Source: Macrostomum hystrix
Taxonomy: Eukaryota; Animalia; Platyhelminthes
NCBI GenBank assembly: GCA_950097015.1
Contig: CATNEN010000001.1
Span: 23,560,001 to 23,624,000, forward strand
Length of the DNA stretch: 64,000 nucleotides
Direction of reading: 5' to 3'
Under the pieces are notes generated by a model that did not search any database, was not told where the DNA came from, and worked only from the letters and a program-made list of their open reading frames with translations. This document shows, one piece after another, positions 59,552-64,000 of the stretch. The position numbers were made by a program, and so were the translations under genes. The number at the start of each line of letters is the position of its first letter. Position 1 is the first letter of the stretch.

Positions 59552-62390
59552 TCAGCTGCAATCATCCACTGATTGAGCCGCATCGCCCGTGAGTTGCTCC
59601 TCCTCGAAGCTGCCGTCCGATTCGTCATCTTCCGCCTCTTCGGAAGCGTATTCGAGAACGTCGTCTTCGCTGCAGGCGCCGCCGCAGTCATCGGCGCTGC
59701 ATGATGCCGAATCGGTGGAGCAGCCGGACGATCCGAACTCGGACATTGGCGAGTCAAACAAGCCGCCACCCCCGTCGCCTGCACCTGACTCGACGCCCAT
59801 CAGGTTCGGCGAGCCGCTGCGAGATCGCTGCTGCTCAGCCGCCGAGGACGAACCCAAGTCTTCTGCTTCGCCTCCAGATGCTGCGATGTCTCCACCAGCG
59901 CCTCCGGTCAGCAGCAGGTGCAGCCCCTGCGACGACGCCAGCGCGGTTGTGTTGGCTGCTTCCTCGGCTACTCTAGTGTTGTCTGCGCACGACTGGTACA
60001 AGATATCTGCGGTGAAGACAGATTGATCGATTATGAATCAAAAGATAGATCGATCGGTAATTCAAAGATCGATAGATTCATCAGTGATAGATCGACAGAC
60101 GCTCTTAGATCGATGACTCAACAGATGGATCGATAAGTCAACAAATGGATCGATAATTCAACAGATGAATCAATGATTCAACAGATGGATCGATAATTCA
60201 ACAGATGGATCGATAAGTCAACAAATGGACCGATGATTCAACAGATGATTGATGAAATAACAGGTGGATCGATAATTCAACAGATGATCGATGAAATAAC
60301 TGATTAATCGATAATTCAACAGATGATCGATAAAATAACAGATGGATCGATTTTACACGTGCTTCTACACGCTGGGAGTGTTAATTAAATTTGTAACTAA
60401 AGTATTTTGCTAAGTGCGTCCCCCTTCTCAACCGGAATCCAAACTTCCTTGGCAGAAGTCGCAACTCTGCTTGTTGTGTCTAAATGGTAGCATTTGGCAG
60501 GAAATTATAAAAGTAAATGTTCTCTCTGCATGGATCAGCACATGTTGCAGCAGTTCCGCCAAAAAACTACTGCCAATGCTTGTCCCAACCCGTTCAGTTG
60601 TTCAAGTACAGTACAACAATTTCTAAACTAATTATAACGCGTTTGGCTCACAGTATCGGTGTTTCCTAGACCTCCAAACAGTCCGATTTCAGTGCCAGCC
60701 AGTCTCACCTCGGTTCCTGGTCGGATCGTCCTTGCCCAGGTCGCCGTGGTCGTAGTAGCCCAGCCCGATGGCGGCTCCAAGATTCTCCAGCTCGTCCCGG
60801 TGGCTCTGGAGCCGGTGTCGCTCGAGTCGCTTCTCTGCGAGCAAATCCAAATCTGCGATGTCACCCAAACCGGTCAGGTCGAAGTCGTCCTCGTTGTCTT
60901 CGAGGTTCTCATTGCAGTTGTTCAGTGAGATTGGGGTTGCCGCTCTGAGGGAATGAAAAGCGCTGTCTGCATCCAAGCAATGCCCGAGCTTTCTTGTGAA
61001 AGCTTTAATCGATACTTAAGAAGCTGAAGCCTTTGATTCTGAAGCCAGAAAAAAATATAACACTGGGTGGCTCTTCATGTGCGAAGCAATTTCATATGAC
61101 ACTCATATCTTCCCATTCTCTCTCCCGTGTCCTCCCATTCTCTCTCCCATATCCTCGAATGTCTTTCTCCCGTGTCCTCCCATTCTCTCACCCGTGTCCT
61201 CCCATTCTCTCTCACGTGTCCTCCAATGTCTCTCTCCCGTGTCCTCCCATTCTCTCTCCTATATCCTCCAATGTCTTTCTCTTGTGTCCCCCATTCTCTC
61301 TCCTATATCCTCGAATGTCTCTCTCCCGGGTCCTCCCATTCTCTCTCCTATATCCTCCAATGTCTTTCTCGCGTGTCATCCCATTCTCTCTCCCGTGTCC
61401 TCCCATTCTCTCTCCCGTGTCCTCCAATGTCTCTCTCCCGTGTCCTCCCATTCTCTCTCCCGTGTCCTCCCATTCTCTCTCCCGTGTCCTCCCATTCTCT
61501 CTCCCGTGTCCTCCCATTCTCTCTCCCGTGTCCTCCAATGTCTTTCTCCCGTGTCCTCCCATTCTCTCTCCCGTGTCCTCCCATTCTCTCTCCCGTGTCC
61601 CCCCATTCTCTCTCACGTGTCCTCCAATGTCTCTCTCCCGTGTCCTCCCATTCTCTCTCCTATATCCTCCAATGTCTTTCTCCCGTGTCCTCCCATTCTC
61701 TCACCCGTGTCCTCCCATTCTCTCTCCTATATCCTCCAATGTCTTTCTCTTGTGTCCCCCATTCTCTCTCCTATATCCTCGAATGTCTCTCTCCCGGGTC
61801 CTCCCATTCTCTCTCCTATATCCTCCAATGTCTTTCTCGCGTGTCATCCCATTCTCTCTCCCGTGTCCTCCCATTCTCTCTCCCGTGTCCTCCAATGTCT
61901 CTCTCCCGTGTCCTCCCATTCTCTCTCCCGTGTCCTCCCATTCTCTCTCCCGTGTCCTCCCATTCTCTCTCCCGTGTCCTCCCATTCTCTCTCCCGTGTC
62001 CTCCCATTCTCTCTCCCGTGTCCTCCAATGTCTCTCTCCCGTGTCCTCCCATTCTCTCTCCCGTGTCCTCCCATTCTCTCTCCCGTGTCCTTTGCCTTTT
62101 GGCGGTCCGCAGTTCAAAGCAATTGCCTTTCACCGAATGTCGATGCATTGTAACTAATTTTGCCTACTTATTGTTTCCAACCAGGCCCGTGCCGAGATTC
62201 GTCTCTGTCTGGCGGTCCGCAGCAATAGCAGCAGCAGTGGCAGCGGCATCCGTGGCAGCAAAGGCGAGCAGCTCCTCTCGCCGACTTTCGCGTCTCAGTT
62301 CTTCTCGTTCGCGAATTCTCTGCACCACGGCCGAGTTACCCATGCTGAGCAGGTTAACTTGGCGCAGGTTAACTGTTCCTAGCGGTCCTC
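59552..62390 (-). CDS. Unidentified multi-exon gene with acidic/Ser-rich C-terminus; likely exons 59552..60006, 60709..60944 and about 62168..62390, with more upstream to the window end
   Basis: GC-rich open frames between repeats; a phase-1 GT-AG junction links 60709 to 60006. No family recognised and the upstream exon boundaries are uncertain. Confidence 0.45.
60022..60351 (+). repeat. About 19-20-bp degenerate minisatellite (GATCGATAATTCAACAGATG)
   Basis: Directly visible; lies in a putative intron. Confidence 0.85.
61108..62091 (+). repeat. 22-bp pyrimidine-rich minisatellite (TCCTCCCATTCTCTCTCCCGTG)
   Basis: Directly visible. Confidence 0.95.
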
Positions 62391-62799
62391 CGCTTAGACA
62401 AGATTTGCTTTATACGTCTGATCTTACTGAGCTTTTCGGAAACGTGTGCAGTTTATTTTATTGCTTTTTCACTTCTTGGCAGCTGCGAGCGGAAACTGGA
62501 CTTGAATACTGAGAGATCTTGAATGCGATCAAAGTTTCATTTCTCTGCGCCTGAAAAACACCGCCTCGGTACACCTGGCTGCTGTGCATTTTAAGCCACT
62601 TTACCTAGAAAAACCCGATTTCGCTTCACTTTATATTTTTGTTTTTGTGCGCGCGTCAGCTGTTACAGCTGCACTGAGTTTGCCTTGGCCCGTGAGAGGG
62701 TCATGCGAAGGGCGCGGAAGGCATCCCGACTTTGGTTCGCAAGGATGTTGATGAGGTCTGCGAGACTGCCCACAGTTCTGGTTGCCCGCCCTCCCGTCT

Positions 62800-63570
62800 A
62801 TCTCCAATGTCTCTCTCCAATGTCTCTCTCCAATGTCTCTCTCCAATGTCTCTCTCCAGTCCCTCTCTCCAATGTCTCTCTCTTGTGCCTCTCCAATGTC
62901 TCTTTCTTGTGCCTCTCCAATGTCTCTTTCTTGTGCCTCTCCAATGTCTCTTTCTTGTGCCTCCCCAATGTCTCTTTCTTGTGCCTCTCCAATGTCTCTT
63001 TCTTGTGCCTCTCCAATGTCTCTTTCTTGTGCCTCTCCAATGTCTCTTTCTTGTGCCTCCCCAATGTCTCTTTCTTGTGCCTCTCCAATGTCTCTTTCTT
63101 GTGCCTCTCCAATGTCTCTTTCTTGTGCCTCTCCAATGTCTCTTTCTTGTGCCTCTCCAATGTCTCTTTCTTGTGCCTCCCCAATGTCTCTTTCTTGTGC
63201 CTCTCCAATGTCTCCCTCCAATGTCTCTCTCCAGTATCCTCCCATTCTTTCTCCCGTGTCCTCCCATTCTCTCTCCCGTGTCCTCCCATTCTCTCTCCCG
63301 TGTCCTCCCATTCTCTCTCCCGTGTCCTCCCATTCTCTCTCCCGTGTCCTCCCATTCTCTCTCCCGTGTCCTCCCATTCTCTCTCCTATATCCTCCAATG
63401 TCTTTCTCCCGTGACATCCCATTCTCTCTCCCGTGACATCCCATTCTCTCTCCCGTGACATCCCATTCTCTCTCCCGTGACATCCCATTCTCTCTCCCGT
63501 GACATCCCATTCTCTCTCCCGTGACAACCCATTCTCTCTCCCGTGACATCCCATTCTCTCTCCCGTGACA
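62800..63570 (+). repeat. Compound 24-bp (CTCCAATGTCTCTTTCTTGTGCCT) and 22-bp minisatellite related to 61108..62091
   Basis: Directly visible. Confidence 0.95.
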
Positions 63571-64000
63571 TAGACTCCTAAATAATAGCATCTGGACTGG
63601 GAGCGAAAAAATATTTTTTTACTACATGGGGCAACTTCTTCCCTACATAAAGTTAGCTTAAATTTTCGGGCCGAGGATCTGTCTCTCCAAGCACTCGGCT
63701 CCAACCAATTGTACATGGGACATGCCCAATCTACATTCCATGCCCCAGACTGCAAGTACTCTTGGAAGAAGTAGAATATATGCGTGTGAATAAATCATGT
63801 CCTTACCAGCGCACATTGCTAAAATTACTCACCATTTCCTTATTTTTTTTAATATTCTCTGATTGATTGGTAAAGATATGCTCTGTATTCAGATTGCTAA
63901 AACCGAGCATACGGAAAAACAGAGGGACTCAGTTTTCACAGATACCCATTGCAAGACCCAGTACTGCTGCAGAATTGGAAGCGAACCAACTCAAGGAAGG

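Noticed and set aside
61033-63755. Multiple overlapping ORFs rich in SP/RE
   Set aside because: Translations of pyrimidine-rich minisatellites.

Overview
Eukaryotic (animal) genomic DNA with short spliceosomal introns and many intronic minisatellites. Gene content and repeat style suggest a free-living flatworm such as Macrostomum (inference). Left to right: a two-exon PTB-like gene; an internally deleted mariner; a broken ankyrin-repeat gene hit by a 5'-truncated LINE; two tandem genes for secreted, 14-cysteine serum amyloid A (SAA)-like proteins; and a head-to-head pair of ankyrin-repeat + Mab-21/cGAS-like nucleotidyltransferase (cGLR) genes. Then a 10-exon anion-selective Cys-loop receptor (flatworm-type GluCl-like), LRRC58, GINS4/SLD5 and an unidentified minus-strand gene. 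tRNA-derived SINEs are scattered throughout. The most interesting region is a candidate innate-immune cluster at about 7.7-27.6 kb. The two ANK-cGLR genes have no intergenic space and meet mid-ankyrin-repeat at a 12-bp palindrome. They also share a 600-bp near-identical inverted tract in the catalytic domain, which could allow inversion-mediated swapping of sensor modules. A 53-bp array in the GluCl gene that multiplies an exon-end/5' splice site (YAG|GTAAG) about 21 times is also notable. All exon models and family assignments were read by eye, without database searches.
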